DNA of 64,000 nt, from the NCBI GenBank assembly GCA_973895155.1, contig OZ316891.1, forward strand, positions 28,587,145 through 28,651,144, in the 5' to 3' direction. Every line of letters begins with the position of its first letter. The stretch's first letter is position 1. Below, piece after piece: positions 1 to 13,365 of the stretch. The position numbers and the translations under genes are program-made. The DNA is from Marsupella aquatica. Taxonomy: Eukaryota > Plantae > Marchantiophyta. Under the pieces are notes generated by a model. It worked only from the letters and a program-made list of their open reading frames with translations, was not told the DNA's origin and searched no databases.

Positions 1-2181
1 CACCGAATGAAATGAGGTAACTCTGTCTTCTTTTGATCCATTCCATCAATACAGATGCCCAAATATTTCTCCGGACTCTTGTAACATTTGCTCCGGTGCT
101 TTGCTAACTTCTCCCTCTCGACTGCTTGTGCCTTCCGATGCTCGTTTAGCAATGTTGAGAATTTTCCTACAATAATAAAAATGTTTAGGACAAAACATGA
201 TAACCGCAATGTTGAACCCTGACAACCATAAATTTATCGGGTTCAGTATTCAAACACGAGACCGTAATAATAAACCCTGACAACAATAGATTTATCGGGT
301 TCAGTATTCAAACACAAGACCGTAATGAAAAACTGTGACAGCGATAAATTTATCAGGTTCAGTATTCAAGCTATTCAAACGATATATTCACTCACATGGC
401 CAAAGAAGAAGCACATGAATACTCAACCCGATAAAATTATCGGGAGTAACACACAGGTTTAGAAACTTACTCTTTTCTGCTTCGAGTGTTGCCTTGTCAT
501 GGAGTGCTTTGAATTCAGTACACGAGGCGCAGGTGGAGAAACGGCTCCTTTTGGGGATGCGCACGCGAGGAAACTCCTTGTTCCAAATGCGAACAAACCA
601 CGAATATGTCATGCCTTGTTCTTGGCGCATTAGAGTTTCGGACTGGAAGGCATCAAAAACTTATGTTTTTGTCCAATTGTCAGGTAAATGAAAGATATCC
701 TTGTTGGGGAGACTCTCGACATTTGTGGAAAAAAAATCATTCAGCCATTGGACGAGACCAAGATGTGCGGGTGATTTTTCTCGACAAATTGTACCGATCT
801 GTATCCGAGAAAACATGTTCTGCGAGATTTTTTGGAGACGATTATTTCCTAGTGAAAATAATTTCTTAAAACCACTCCGACAAAAGGATCTACCGCTAAC
901 TGAGTAACCACTTGCACCAGCATGCCCACCCTTCACACATCCTCTTAGAAGGACGTTCTTCTCTGGGTAGGATAGCCCATAGTAATAAGTGCGTTGTTTC
1001 ATCACGGCTAGCAGACCCAAATTCCTCAGACAGTAATTATCATAACACGAATACTTATGAATTTCTCTCATTTTGTTTCTATTCAATTCGTCATTTATCA
1101 CATTGTCTTTCCTAGTAATTCGGTCCCTATCTTTTTTACTAGGCTCATTTGACTTCTCTATAGCCTGAAATCCGTTCATAACATTGGCATTTTCGGGTCC
1201 TTCAGGTGCCTCGTGAATAGATGCATCACTCTCTGCTGAGCTACCATCCTCTATAGATCTCCTTGACGCATTTAGAGGGGCACTGAATAGACGACTATAA
1301 CTATTCTCTTCGACAGCTCCTTCTAAACATTCAGACACAACTTGTGCTATTATATCGGATTCTCTATCTCCTTCCTCATCTTCGTCCTCCGATGCACTCG
1401 ACTCATCTGAAAACACAATTGGACTCCGTGGCTCTCTATACATAACCCGAATGCCACTAAGACCTCTCCTCGATACTTGGAGCCTGGAACCAATGACAGT
1501 CCGCCCTTGAGAACTTGGAGATTCTGGATTCGCACGTGCAGTCCCAACGATTCCGTGAGCTGCTGGAAAATTGAGCACTTGTTCACCACAATTCCCACGG
1601 ACCATTCGAGAAAGGGCCGAGTCTGGACTTCACAGTCCGATTCCCTCGCTTGCTCGCACATCCAGTCCAGGCAATGCAAAGACCGATCGCCGTATCGGTC
1701 TTTGTATTTCTGTGTCCCAATCCTCACCCGGAGACTGAAAGATCTGTCGTTGAACTTGTGTTGAATGTGGCGACTTGAACGCCGACTGAGATACGCGTAT
1801 CAGTCGCCGGATACCCTCTCCATAACCCGGGATGGATGGCCTGAAGCGACGTCTCAGACCTAAACCTGGGATTGAAAGTTTCTCATTTCTTGGCGATGGA
1901 ACGCTCAAGAGACGACGCTTCTCAGGTTTACTAGGCGACACATAGTAAGCACTAGGCTCAGGACCAGAACTTGCATCAGAATCTGAGTCAGAGATTTTGG
2001 GCACTATTTGCTGTGAGAGAGGTAGAGCTTTAAGTATGCAACTTGGCAAACAGCGAGCGACAAGATTAGGAGAGGATTCAACTGAACTGGAAGGTGAATC
2101 TGTGTCTGATTGAGACATGGCTATCCGAGACACTATGGGGCTTTGCATTCCTCCCGCAATCAGGGAAAACGAAAGGCTCAA
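1..2181 (-). pseudogene. Sola-like (DGMDQ-type) DNA transposase, disrupted, runs off the window start
   Basis: ORFs 1630-2181, 661-1605 and 388-630 share one frame, separated by single stops. Motifs RVRIPKRSRFSTCASC (CxxC) and, after an intron (~168-470), GICIDGMDQKKTELPHF at 1-60. Superfamily assignment is from recalled motifs only. Confidence 0.6.
210..445. repeat. ~59-bp intronic tandem repeat (about 3 units) with GATAAATTTATC-type palindromic core
   Basis: Units like accctgacaaccataaatttatcgggttcagtattcaaacac recur at ~216, ~274, ~332; the core occurs again at ~430. Confidence 0.8.
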
Positions 2182-2406
2182 CGGACAGAATGTTGCTCCA
2201 AGAACACAACTCCCAAAACTCTACTCTCGATAATGACGCCAAAAACTTATCGGCGGTGGCCCTTTTATAGTGTCTGTTGAGGGGTTGGCCCACATGTCCA
2301 CTTTTGATTGGCTGTCACCCTAAACGAAAAAATAGCAGAAAAGGGTATATTTTCTTGGATTTCTAATTTCATTCTCACATGTGCATCGTGGCAAAATTAT
2401 ATAGTT

Positions 2407-2700
2407 TTGAAATTGAAGCGATAAATTTATCTGATGTTGGTATTGCAAAAGTGGTTCCTTCATATGGAAGTTGCAATTTGAAATTGAAGCGATAAATTTA
2501 TCTGATGTTGGTATTGCAAAAGTGGTTCCTTCATATGAAAGTTGCAATTTGAAATTGAAGCGATAAATTTATCTGATGTTGGTATTGCAAAAGTGGTTCC
2601 TTCATATGGAAGTTACAATTTTGAAATTGAAGCGATAAATTTATCTGATGTTGGTATTGCGAAGAGTTTTCTTCATATGGATAGGAATTTTGAAATTTAA
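2407..2700. repeat. 71-bp tandem repeat, about 4 units
   Basis: ttgaaattgaagcgataaatttatctgatgttggtattgc... starts at 2407, 2478, 2549, 2621; contains the perfect palindrome GATAAATTTATC. Confidence 0.9.
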
Positions 2701-3317
2701 CCGATGAACCGAAGGATCTTAGTATTGTCGACTAGTATTTTTGTCGCCCGTAGTTTTTGCGATAATTTTATCGGACTGCGCATTGCTGTTGAAAGAATGG
2801 CATGTTGACTATGGTCACTTGCGGAGGTAACTGGTCAATTGCGGAGGTAACTGCAAGGTAAGTTTGACGAACCGTGCAGTAATTCTTATCGACTGTGATG
2901 TAAAATATTTTTGGTAAATACCCAAAAACTGAGAAAACTGAGATTGGGTCAGAGCTTTCGTGGCTCAAATCCGGAGTGCGATACAATTATCGCACTTGGC
3001 TCGAAACATGGATATGGATTTATAGATAAGACCTTTCATATATCTTCGGAGAGCGTGAATATGAGGTTGAGGAGAAAGTTTTTCGGATCTAATTGTTCCT
3101 TGATAATATGAATGTTTGTTAGCATGAATTTCATTGGTTTTGATCATTATTAAATTTGTTGTTTCAATCCGAACTCCGATACGAATTACATTATTTCCCC
3201 AAAAACGTGTTTTTGATGAAAAAAACTGCCGATTTCGCGAGATTCAGCGGAAAATGAAAATACACTTCTCGTTTAGAGGAAATAGTTCTCGTTCGGTCCA
3301 AAATCGTGTTTTAAGCA

Positions 3318-4951
3318 TGTATTGCAAGCTATTCCTATCTATCATATGATGTTCCTCAAAAGCTCCAACTCTTTGGCTAAGACTTTGGTGGCTCTCTGCC
3401 ATGATTTCCTTTGGGGATATAATGAGAATGGTGGACGGAAAATTCCCCTGGTAGCGTGGAAGACGATGGCGCGGCCTAAGGTGGACGGTGGCCTTGGGTT
3501 TAAGGACTTTTGCAGTCACTCTGACGCTTTACTCTGTCAATGGTTCACCCGTGCTCTGGATTTGCAAGTCTCTGAATGGGCTAGGATTTTGGGGGAAAAT
3601 TTGAGATTGGCAAAATGGAGGAATGCTAAGCGCATCAGGAGAAATAGATACTCTCTCTCTGATCGACTATTGCTCTGTTACCCTCGTTCTTTTGGCTATC
3701 TCTTTTACACGGGTAGTTTGTGGAAGGCTTGGGAGTCTCTTCAGCTGCACCTTATACTCTCACCGGGCGGTTCTGGCGTGGCATGCTGGTGGAGCGTGGA
3801 GGATGTTGTGAGATGCCTGGAAGGTTTTCAGCACCTACAGGATGACATGATTTGCTCCATTATCAAGATGTGCGGGAGGATTGGAGTAAGGACGATGTCA
3901 GATTTAAATGGTTCTCATGACTCAGTTGTTCGAACCTTTTCTACTAAAATTGCAAGAATACGTGGTGCTGACACTGCAACGAGAGAGCTTTGTTTAGCAT
4001 TCGTGGACAAAATCAAAGGTACTGTGGATTGCTTTGGAGATCTCCAAGCTCGTGCCGCCCAATGGTGTTGGTCTGACAAACGTGAATGGCTGAAGAACTT
4101 CACCCTGTCCAATGCACGTATGTATCAGCTGATTCGACCCAAAGGCTCTAATTCTCTTAGGCTCAACAGGATTTGGAGCATTTCCTTTTCTGACCTCGAA
4201 TGGAACAAATTCTGGAATGCTCTATGGTCATCTGATTTACCGTTAAAAGGCCGCTTATTCCTTTGGAGAATAGTTGCTCAAGGGTTATTCACTGGAACAC
4301 GAGCTAGAAGGATTGGTAAAGGAGATGGAAACTGCCTACTGTGCACCAATGTTCTTGAAACAATTCCTCATCTTTTCTTCACATGTCCCTTCGCTAAAGA
4401 GGTGCTGGCAGCTGGCTGGGTGGACTTTTCCGGGAGCCACTTCTTGGAGACATTTGAATTTATTCTCTGTCTTGGAAGCCACTGGATGCACCAAATTTGA
4501 GAGAACCATTCGGGTCTTTGTGGTTTACCACGTGCTGTGGTCTCTCTAGCTGGCACGGAATGAGCAACTTTTTAATCGTGTCAACAGTAGAAGATTTAAT
4601 CTGAATCTACTCCTTTCAGATATGTTAGACTCCTTGCATGGCCTTTGTGAAGCCTCGGGTCCCAATAGTAAACATACTAGATTACTGCGAGTCAAAGAAT
4701 TAGTCCGTCAGGAACATCTTAGGTGGGTTACTCGTCCAGACGCATGGCTTTTTAGTTGAAGCAATACCTGTTTATGCATTCTACTTTAGTTGGATAGGAA
4801 CACTTCTTTGTGCCTTTGCACTTAGGTGCTCTTTATGGCCTCACCGGGGTCTCACTATGCTGCCCACACTTATGTTGCCCTGTTGGGTCCCCCTTCCCGT
4901 GGGTTTTCGCGGGTTTCTTTAAAAAAAAATTTAAAAAGAAAAGAAAAAAAA
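3318..4951 (+). mobile_element. 5'-truncated LINE (L1-like) retrotransposon: ORF2 C-terminus with zf-RVT, 3' UTR and A-rich tail
   Basis: ORF 3322-4500 has FLWG...LVAWKTMARPKVDGGLGFKD and LFLWR...CLLC...ETIPHLFFTCPFA (RT-associated zinc finger). Frameshifted continuation to ~4759; A-rich tail 4921-4951 abuts the truncated transposase. No TSD found; left boundary approximate. Confidence 0.88.
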
Positions 4952-6900
4952 GATGGCCATTTTGGAGAATCCTCCCCCCCAAATGCCTTCCGAAGATTGG
5001 TACCATAACCTGTGGGAAACCTCATCGACCCAATATGTCTGCGAAACTCAATGCGCTCTGCCCTTGTCAAAACCCAAGGAGGATGGATGCTAGGGGGAGC
5101 ACCAGGGGGGTCCAAAGATGGCCAAAAACCCAAAAGACCATGCATCCCCATCTCCTCACAACTTTCTCTCCAATTGTTATTTTTCTCCCCATATAGATGG
5201 CGAATCAATGATTTCCCCACATTCCCCTCAATGTGCATAGGGTCTAACAAGTGATTAATGGGCATATCTGACCAATATGGCAATTGTGACAATGCAGACA
5301 AACGGGTCATGCCACATCGGAATAATGGTAATGGATCACTCGGATCCTTAACTCTCCCCCATACCTCTCTCCAATATGCTGGATCCTTCCGCTGAGGTTG
5401 AGGACGAATATCAGGTTGGCCCTCATAAGTATCATAAAGGAATGGATCACTCCTCCAAGGATGGTCTGGCATGGTGGAAGATATTTAGTATGACCAATGT
5501 AAACAATTTTTTGCAGAGTACTTGACTTGGGCCTGGCCACCCCCTCCAAATCGGGTCCACATGTAGAGCAAGCTCGATAGCCTGATGTTTGCCATCCAGA
5601 AACATATCCAAACCCTGCCCAGTGCATAGAAAACACATTCATAAAATAAGGTTCATCAAGGCAAAAATCTACATAATTGCAATTAAATGCAAGGTTTAGG
5701 TACTAGAGGAAATAAGGGTTTACCATACCTGGTAAATCATGCATGGTCCACATAAGGATGGCCTTTAGAGTAAATGCGCGGGATAAACCTCCTGTGTTGT
5801 GACGTCCATCATAACAATCCACTCCTCTCCACAGTTGTATCAACTCATCAATCAATGGCTGCAAGTACACATCAATCTTTTTAACCTGCTTAGGACCCGG
5901 AATAATCATGGAGAGTAGTAGGTGACCTTTCTTCATGGCCATCCAAGGAGGGATGTTGTAGTTTGTCAACACTACTGGCCACACCAAATATGGTTTGGCT
6001 TTTCCTGCCAATGCAAAAGGGCTGATACCGTCTGCCGCCAAGCCTAGTCGAACATGTCGTGGGTCAATTTTGAACTCTCCCCATCTATCCTCTACAAATC
6101 AATTGGCAGGAGAATCAACCATCATCCGCATGGCACTAGAGGGTACAACCATATCAGAACAATTTTGTGAGTGCCATACCATCATCTCAGCCAACTCTGC
6201 ACATCGGAATTGATGTTGCAATCGAGGGATAAGAGGAAAGTACCTCATAACCTTTTGCGGTACCTTCCCCGTCAACATGTCATCACGGTACCGTGGCTTC
6301 TGACATTTAGGACATGTAGTCGCGTTTTCATGCTCACCCCTAAAAAGAATGCAATCATCCACACATGCATGTATCACCTCATACTTCAGGCCAATGGACT
6401 TCAACACCTGTTTAGCCTCTTTCCAAGAGGCTGGCATTGCGTTGCCTACTGGCAAAATACGATCATGTAAGGTACAAAAAACATCATCCAAAAGTAGATT
6501 GCTTGCCCCATGTCTTTGCTGCAAGTTGAGCAACAACATTATTGATGAGAGCCGAGATAACCTACTCCCCTCGAATATGCGAGTACGGGCATGACATTGC
6601 GCCTCCTCCCATTGCTTGTCTTGGGACCCCCTAGAAGGATGTGGATGACTAGTCCTTTCATGGGTTGAACCAATGTCCTCCAAACCAATGTCATCATGAT
6701 CATCATAGAATTGGTCCATGAGCTCATCCATGGCCCTCTCCTCATCAAGATGGTCTTGGATAGGATCATCACCATCATGTTGTACCCCATCCTCTTGCCT
6801 AAGTTGCGGTTCATGCCCACGGTTGGCCACCATGGCCTCAACAAGGTGTTGTCGCATAGCTCGTGATATTACCCCAATATCAGGCGTTACATATTGATTC
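4952..6900 (-). pseudogene. CACTA/En-Spm Tnp2 (Transposase_21-type) transposase, disrupted and truncated by the LINE
   Basis: Fragments 6099-6857, 5703-6041, 5307-5642, 4870-5472 contain IHACVDDCILFRG..CPKC, RYFPLIPRL, LAADGISPF, YNIPPW, IPGPK..IDVYLQPLIDEL, WTMHDLPG, LDPMHIEGNV; stops and frameshifts present. Confidence 0.92.
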
Positions 6901-7026
6901 TATCATACAACATCAATTAATTAATCTCATCAACACATGCACTGCTGAACAATATCATTCTCATGTAAACATGTAAAATAAACTGACATATCTATATACA
7001 TGTACGTATGTAAGTCCAAGAAACTA

Positions 7027-7982
7027 TCATGGACGACAACGCAAGGAAAGTTTTGGTGCATCCCACTCATACTCACACAATAACTCCTCACCAGCTCTAA
7101 TGGTCCTTACAGCTACTGTCATGATATGGTCATCCATATGTTTCACAAAATATGGATGTCTAGGTGGACCAACATTTGAATCCACTCTACATTAGCCTCC
7201 AAACCTCTATCTCTACCTGTGGTACTATTGATGTACCCTGCTAAATTACCGTTCCGAATAGGGTCACCATCAATCATCCGGCAATGCCACGGCCTAGTGA
7301 AGACCTCATCCGGGTCTGAGTCCATCCTCAATGCATACACCCCCCAACTTGGGTGTTGACGCAACAAAATATTCCAACTCTTAGAGTTATATACAGCCCC
7401 AATGTAAGGAAAGAGGTGTTCTCCATCATAACCACGTGTCCATGGCTTTGGAGGGACCGCAATATCCTCCAAAGCAAAAAGACCATATCCTATATCAGGA
7501 CCAATAGAGGATGCCTTCACTATCCAAGGGCGACCCCATATCTGAACTGGTTCATCTGTAGGAATAAAATCTGGAAATTTGAAGAGACTTGGAGAAAAGT
7601 CCTTCAAAACTTCGGCAGCCCTACCAGTGAGATAGGATAGTCCAAACCTGCCCTCAATGCAAATATAATCTACATTGCCGGCTGGTCGATCACTAGTACC
7701 TAACACCTCCTCTCGACTGTGTACATGGTCCAGTGGTCCATACTGCCGTCTACGTCTACGAGATCGTGGTCGTGTACGTAGGACCCTAGTAGTCACAACC
7801 TCGGGCCGAGAGACCGGTTCCCCCTCTACATGCTCATGTGTGGGCACAGGAGTGGGGATAGGAGCAGGTGGGCTAAGAGGCATCTGGGCAGGAGGAACTG
7901 CAAGCAACTCCCTGGCCCTTGCTAGAAACCCTTCCAACCACACAGCTTCAGGAACCAAAGGAGCTGGGGGCCTACGAGGCAC
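7027..7982 (-). pseudogene. SET-domain protein (lysine methyltransferase-like) exon, one frameshift
   Basis: VKASSIGPDIGYGLFALEDI, PYIGAVY, YALRMD..IDGDPIRNGNLAGYINS..ANVEW in ORF 7143-7982; another frame (7140-7027) reads HIMTVAVRTIRAGEELLCEYEW, the canonical SET C-terminal motif. Confidence 0.85.
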
Positions 7983-8118
7983 CTATTTCAACACACGTAC
8001 AATGGTTTTACACAAATCAATAAATTAAGTAGTGGGATGTAAATGCAAGATAATTAAGCAATACCCTAAATTGGAATGCATATATGGAATGAATAGGGGA
8101 CATAAACATATCTGTACC

Positions 8119-8349
8119 TGGCTAGGAAAATACCCTGGCATATCACCCTCGTGGCGGCCATAGTTCTCGATGTGCTAACAAGTCTCCCACGCATGTCGAA
8201 CCACAAGTCCCTTACATCTCACACACCAGCAAGGTATGGGTCCTAGTGGAGCACGAGGACGATCTGGAGGAGGGGGTGGAGGAACCTCCCCCTCAGACGA
8301 GCTCGTGTCTGAGTCTGAATCTGACGTGGAACTATCAGAAGTAGACATC
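8119..8349 (-). pseudogene. Upstream exon with transposase-associated Cys/His motif
   Basis: IPCWCVRCKG...ETC*HIENYGRHEG parallels YCPCVNCKG...LHLIKHGR at the N-terminus of the 23093-25024 transposase; ends at a CAG|GT donor near 8118. Confidence 0.6.
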
Positions 8350-9201
8350 TGCATGCAGGAAGTACACTCATTCATGTAAGCTGCATAAAAGAAGACAAGT
8401 GTTGGAGTATCAAAATAGAATTAATTAATGCATGAGATACAAGAGTCCTGTTGTACCTCAATGATACTCGCGCTTTGCCAGCCTACTATGTCGTATTTTC
8501 TACACACAAGGTGTGGGACATCCAAAATCTCTGCATATATGGAGCATTTTGCTAATGAGCATACATAATGTGTAAGTGCGAAAGAGTGTAGGAAGAACAC
8601 ACCACATACAAAATGCCAACATACAAAAGTGTAAATGATGCGGCTCGTGAAGCGGGGACATCATACCTCCTGGATGCGCGGTCTCACACTATGCATAGTG
8701 CATTGTCCAAAACAAAACCTACCTACCCCCTCACAAACATCAAACCACCCCTCCAAACGCAAGGTACTGTGCATCAAATCCAACACAACCATTAGCCTAA
8801 TATATGGAGGTTGAACCTTATCCTAGCTAAGAAAAGGTGTAACCTTATCCTAGTAAACCCCATAACCCTAAACCCATAAACCCCTCGAAAGAAATGATCC
8901 AAATAGCTTTCACCCAGAAATGGTTTGTACAAAAACTTCTTGTAGTATTTTGTCTATCATATATCATAGTATTGAGTTTCGATCACCACAACCATCCCTA
9001 AACTTGCAAGAGGACATCATACCTCCTGGATGCACGTAACACTATCGTGACATGTCTTATCTCTGAAATGTTTTTGATAGCGTTGGGCGCTATTAATGAA
9101 AGGAATCACAAGTCAGACCCGTTCGGAGTTATTTTTACTTTTATTTCAACAAAGCTTGTTCAATTGATGTGCATTTTAATAGCGCCAGGCGCTATTTCTC
9201 T

Positions 9202-9455
9202 GACTTACGTCCCCACTTTACATGTCAACTCAGAGAGCCTCTCCCACTTATGTCCCCACTTTACATGTCATCTTGGAGAGCCTCTCCGACTTACGTCCCC
9301 ACTTTACATGTCAACTCGGAGAGCCTCTTCGACTTACGTCCCCACTTTACATGTCATCTCGGAGAGCCTCTCCGACTTACATCCCCACTTTACATGTCAT
9401 CTCGGAGAGCCTCTCCGACTTAAGTCCCCACTTTACATGTCAGAGTGGAGAGCTT
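9202..9455. repeat. 43-bp tandem array (about 6 units) containing the CTCGGAGAGCCTCTCCGA palindrome, between the divergent genes
   Basis: Units start at 9202, 9245, 9288, 9331, 9374, 9417. Confidence 0.92.
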
Positions 9456-10074
9456 ATCTGACATGGGGGCGTGACATATCTTGGAGACAATCTGGAACTT
9501 GAGACTGGCCTGACATGTCGTGCAAGTACTGAATATTTTTTGGAATTAAATCCAGTCATTCAACGATCATACTCATTAATACCAAGGAATGATAGGAAAT
9601 CTTATCTGGTCTGGAATCAATCGTACCAAGGACATTATGGCGTGAAGGGGTAGTAATAATGAAAGCATCTGTATAGGTACTTCAGTGTTGCGACTCTAAC
9701 ATGAGTCAAATCTAGGCATTCATCATTATCAGAGTACGACAACATATAAGCCAATAAACTGCTAACATGTCAACTTCCTCCCGTGGCCCCTACCACTTGT
9801 AATCAATGAGTGGTCCCATAGATCTCCCGTTGCTTGGATGGGACTCAACCTGCGTGACGGCGATAGTGAAGTCAGTTGTGATGCCCCTAGATCTTCCGTT
9901 GCCTAATAATGATGATGACTACTTTGGTGAGTCCCCGCCGTCTCTCGCCTTTCCTCATTTGAAAGGCGAGCAATTGAGGCCGAGCGAGTGCGAGTGCGGA
10001 TGCAATTTACCTCATATTTCTTGGAGAGCGTAAGTTGCTTTGTGATCTTTCCCTCTCCGCGCTCTGTGTGCTAT

Positions 10075-10465
10075 GAGCTGTGAGCTGTGGTGGTGCGAGT
10101 GCTGGAAGCAGTGCGATTGTGAGTGCGGTGCGATTGAGTGCGATTGTGAGTGCGAGTAGTTGTGCGGTGCGATTGAGTGCTGTGCAAGTGGTGCGATTGA
10201 GCTTGTTGCGACTGAGTTGTGGTGGTGCGAGTGCTGGAAGCGGTGCGATTGAGTGCGGTGAGCTGTGGCAGTCGAGTGCGAGTGCTGTGCGAGTGGTGCG
10301 ATTGAGTGTTGTGCCACTGCCAGTGATTGAGCTTGCTGCAACTGAGCTGTGGTGGTGCGAGTGCTGGAAGCGGTGTGATTGAGTGCGGTGAGCTGTGGCG
10401 GTGCGAGTGCGAGTGCTGTGCGAGCGGTGCGATTGAGCTTGCTGCGACTGAGCTGTGGGTGGTGC
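10075..10465. repeat. GT-rich degenerate short repeat tract (gtgcgattga / gtgcgagtgc) just upstream of the ParB-like ATG
   Basis: Repeated 10-30-mers directly visible; explains the three overlapping low-complexity minus-strand ORFs. Confidence 0.8.
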
Positions 10466-10517
10466 AAGTGTTGTGCAAGTTGCGCTCGTGCAATTCAGTA
10501 GGTGGTGAGATTTGAAA

Positions 10518-11191
10518 ATGATAGGGAAGAGGAAGCAACCCACTCCCTCTCCTTCATCGTCTGGTCGGCAGACCAGATCAAAGACAATAGAGAGCACCGC
10601 CAGTGGTCGGGAAACTCACACAGTGAAGAAGCTAGAGCCGAAGGTTCTGAACTTTGAAAATGTGTCTGCTGAACGTCTGAACAAAGGTGCATTCGAAGGG
10701 ATTGTTGGGGAGTACTTGCTTTCATTTGGAGCTGAACCAAGTGGGAAGCCCAGAGAGCCACCTCGGATTCCACTATGTCGTTTGATGACAATGGAGGCAG
10801 TTCGGACTCTCCAACAGAGCTCCATTCTGAAGATGAAGAAGGACTTCGTGAAGAATGGGTATGTGGACAAGTTTTTGGAATTCCACATATCAGAGACCAA
10901 TGCGCATAACGCCACCCACTCCATGTCTGAATTTTCCGCGGATTGGGACCCTCTATGGGAACAAGCTAACGCAAAATTTGAGATGGAGTGTGATGAGTAC
11001 GAGGAGTTTCACGTTTTGAAGGGTAAGATGTTTTGGGTGTTTGATGGAAATCATCGCCTGAATGCATGGAGACAAGTGGCTGAAGAGTATCCTGACGAGC
11101 AGAAGTACCACCCTTGCGTGAGATTCTCTCTTCTACAGCCTGGAAAACAAGAATTCAGGAAGATTGAGCAGGCAATGCACGGCCTCAACAC
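10518..11191 (+). CDS. Exon 1: ParB/Sulfiredoxin-like N-terminal domain
   Basis: IPLCRLMTMEAVRTLQQSSILKMKKDFVKNGY (box I-like) and FWVFDGNHRLNAWR (DGxHR / GxxRxxA signature); donor GTAAGT at 11192. Confidence 0.75.
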
Positions 11192-13365
11192 GTAAGTTTC
11201 CGCCCCCTTGGTTTTTGGTTGTTCTTGCATTTGTTGTTTTTTTGCACCCACATAGGCAATCCTATCTCAGAGAGGCTCTCCGAGATAGATACATACACAC
11301 ATACAATGTTTGGCTCTCAAAATGCTATCTTGGAGAGGCTCTCCAAGATAAACCTTCCCTTCTCGGAGAGCCTCTCCGAGATATCAATGCCTTCTTGGAG
11401 AGCGATGCCTTCTCAGAGAGCCTCTCCGAGATGTCCATGCCTTCTCGGAGAGCATCTCCAAGAGAGATGTAATTTTCAGGTATGAAGCCTTTGACGCCAA
11501 CATTTGTCGCTTCTTTATGCAGGATAAGCGCAAGCGTTGTGCAGACATCTTGGTTGACCGATGCAGACAGGGTGAAGAAGCTGTTGGAGGAGTATCAGAC
11601 ATTGCTTCATCCGGATGGTTATGCTAGATTCTTAGCAGCAAGAAGCCATGGGCATGGAAAGACATGGTATAGCAAGTGCATGACAAAGGATGCTGCTGTG
11701 TACATCATGTCGTGGAATAATATTGAAGACGGGAGGATTCGTCTTGCAAAGGAGATGGCAGCCGATGCTGCAATTGGCCATGCCTGGAGTTTGGATAAGT
11801 TCCAGAAGGAAACCGCACTCATGACGAGTGAAGCTTGTAGGTCTTGGGAGGGCAAAATGCAGAAGTTTGCTCAGATTGTCAATCCAGCAAATGGAGAGGA
11901 GTTTCTGGAGATTGCCGAGGAGCTGCACCAGTTGCAGAGTAAACAGAAAGATCGGCCACAAGTGCAAGTGGGGTTGGATCGAGTTAAATTGTTTGCAAGT
12001 GCGGTGATGCCTGCTGAGTGTCGAAACAAGTTACTCCGCATTCATTTCTCAACCGCGGAGGAGAAGAAGCGACACCACCATCCAGATGTATATGGTGATT
12101 CAACAGTGAGAGCTTGGTTGCTAGTGTGGTCAATGTGGTGTTACATTGCCCATGTTGGCAGTTTGATAATGTCAGAGTTTGCCGAGAGTGCATATGATTC
12201 TGGTGAGTGGCAGAACTTCAATGGAAGCAAAGACGAGTTTGTTGAGTTTCACAACAAGATGTACAAGCAATTTGTACAGACTCGGTCCTATGAGGAGGGC
12301 AGGAAGATGTGGAATCCAACAAAGCAAAGCAAAGATGTGTGGAGGAAGCGTGCAAAGAGGTGTGTGGTCAGATATTTACTTCATCAGGAGAGCATTGGAG
12401 CCTCTACTTTCAAAGTGTTACCAAGTGCTCTGACTGCATGGATGACGGAGAAAGGCCCGTTGTCAATGTATCCAACAGATGGGCTGAAGCCAGCAGCAAG
12501 AGTCTTTTCAGACTGGGAGAGACAAAATTGTCCATGGTTCACGGAGTTCAATGATTGGAATGAGTTCATTACGCCCGAAGAGAAGGAAGCTGCCAACCTC
12601 CTAAAGGAGGGGAAACTACCAGACAACCTTTTTGCACCTTCAAAGTTGGGAGATCTTGAGCTGTCGACAAAGGCTGCATTGGACTTGGAGGCCATTTTGC
12701 CTCTTGGAGAGCCAGAGTATGATGGGAAGAAGGTTCGGGGGAAGAAAGAAAAGGAATCAGAAGACACCACCTCAAAACAAGGCACTCTTGGTAAGGTTTA
12801 CACCCTAGCTTGCATTGTACATCTGACATATGTTTGAGAGCCTCTCCGAGATAGTATCATTGTAAAATGATAACTAAACTCCTTACTTTGTTCTGTAGAA
12901 AAAAGTAAAGAAAAGTTTGGAACCCCAGGGTCTACCTCAAGCAAACATCGTCCGATGGATGAGAAGATGGAGCCAAGAAAGACCGGGGACAATGGAGAGG
13001 AGGATGAGAAAGCGGTGAGTGGGGACAATGGAGAGGAGGATGAGAAAGCGGCGAGTGGGGACAATGGAGAGGAGGATGGGATGGCCACCGGGGACAATGC
13101 AGAGGGCCATGAGGAGGAGGAGGAGCCTGACCTTTCAACCCCAAGCGGGACCCCGAGTGGGACCCCAAGCAAACCACAAATCTCTGGTAAGCCAACCAGT
13201 CGGCCAAAGAAGAAAGCCGACAAGAGGATAGACGAACCCACAAAGAAGCCAGTTTCAACAGAAGCCCCATAAATTCCGGAGGATGATCTTTGCAAAATTC
13301 TTGGAGTACCTCGGCCCTCTCATGCTATTACATCTGCCCTGCGATTTTGCCATGCAAAAGAGCAT

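Noticed and set aside
4870-4951. C-terminus of ORF 4870-5472 (FFSFLFKFFFK...)
   Set aside because: Read-through into the antisense LINE A-rich tail, not transposase sequence.
8850-8885. Telomere-like TAAACCC repeats
   Set aside because: Only 3-4 degenerate units; at most a telo-box-like promoter element, not an interstitial telomere.
10007-10597. Three overlapping His/Ser/Thr-rich minus-strand ORFs
   Set aside because: By-product of the GT-rich repeat tract; no domain signal.
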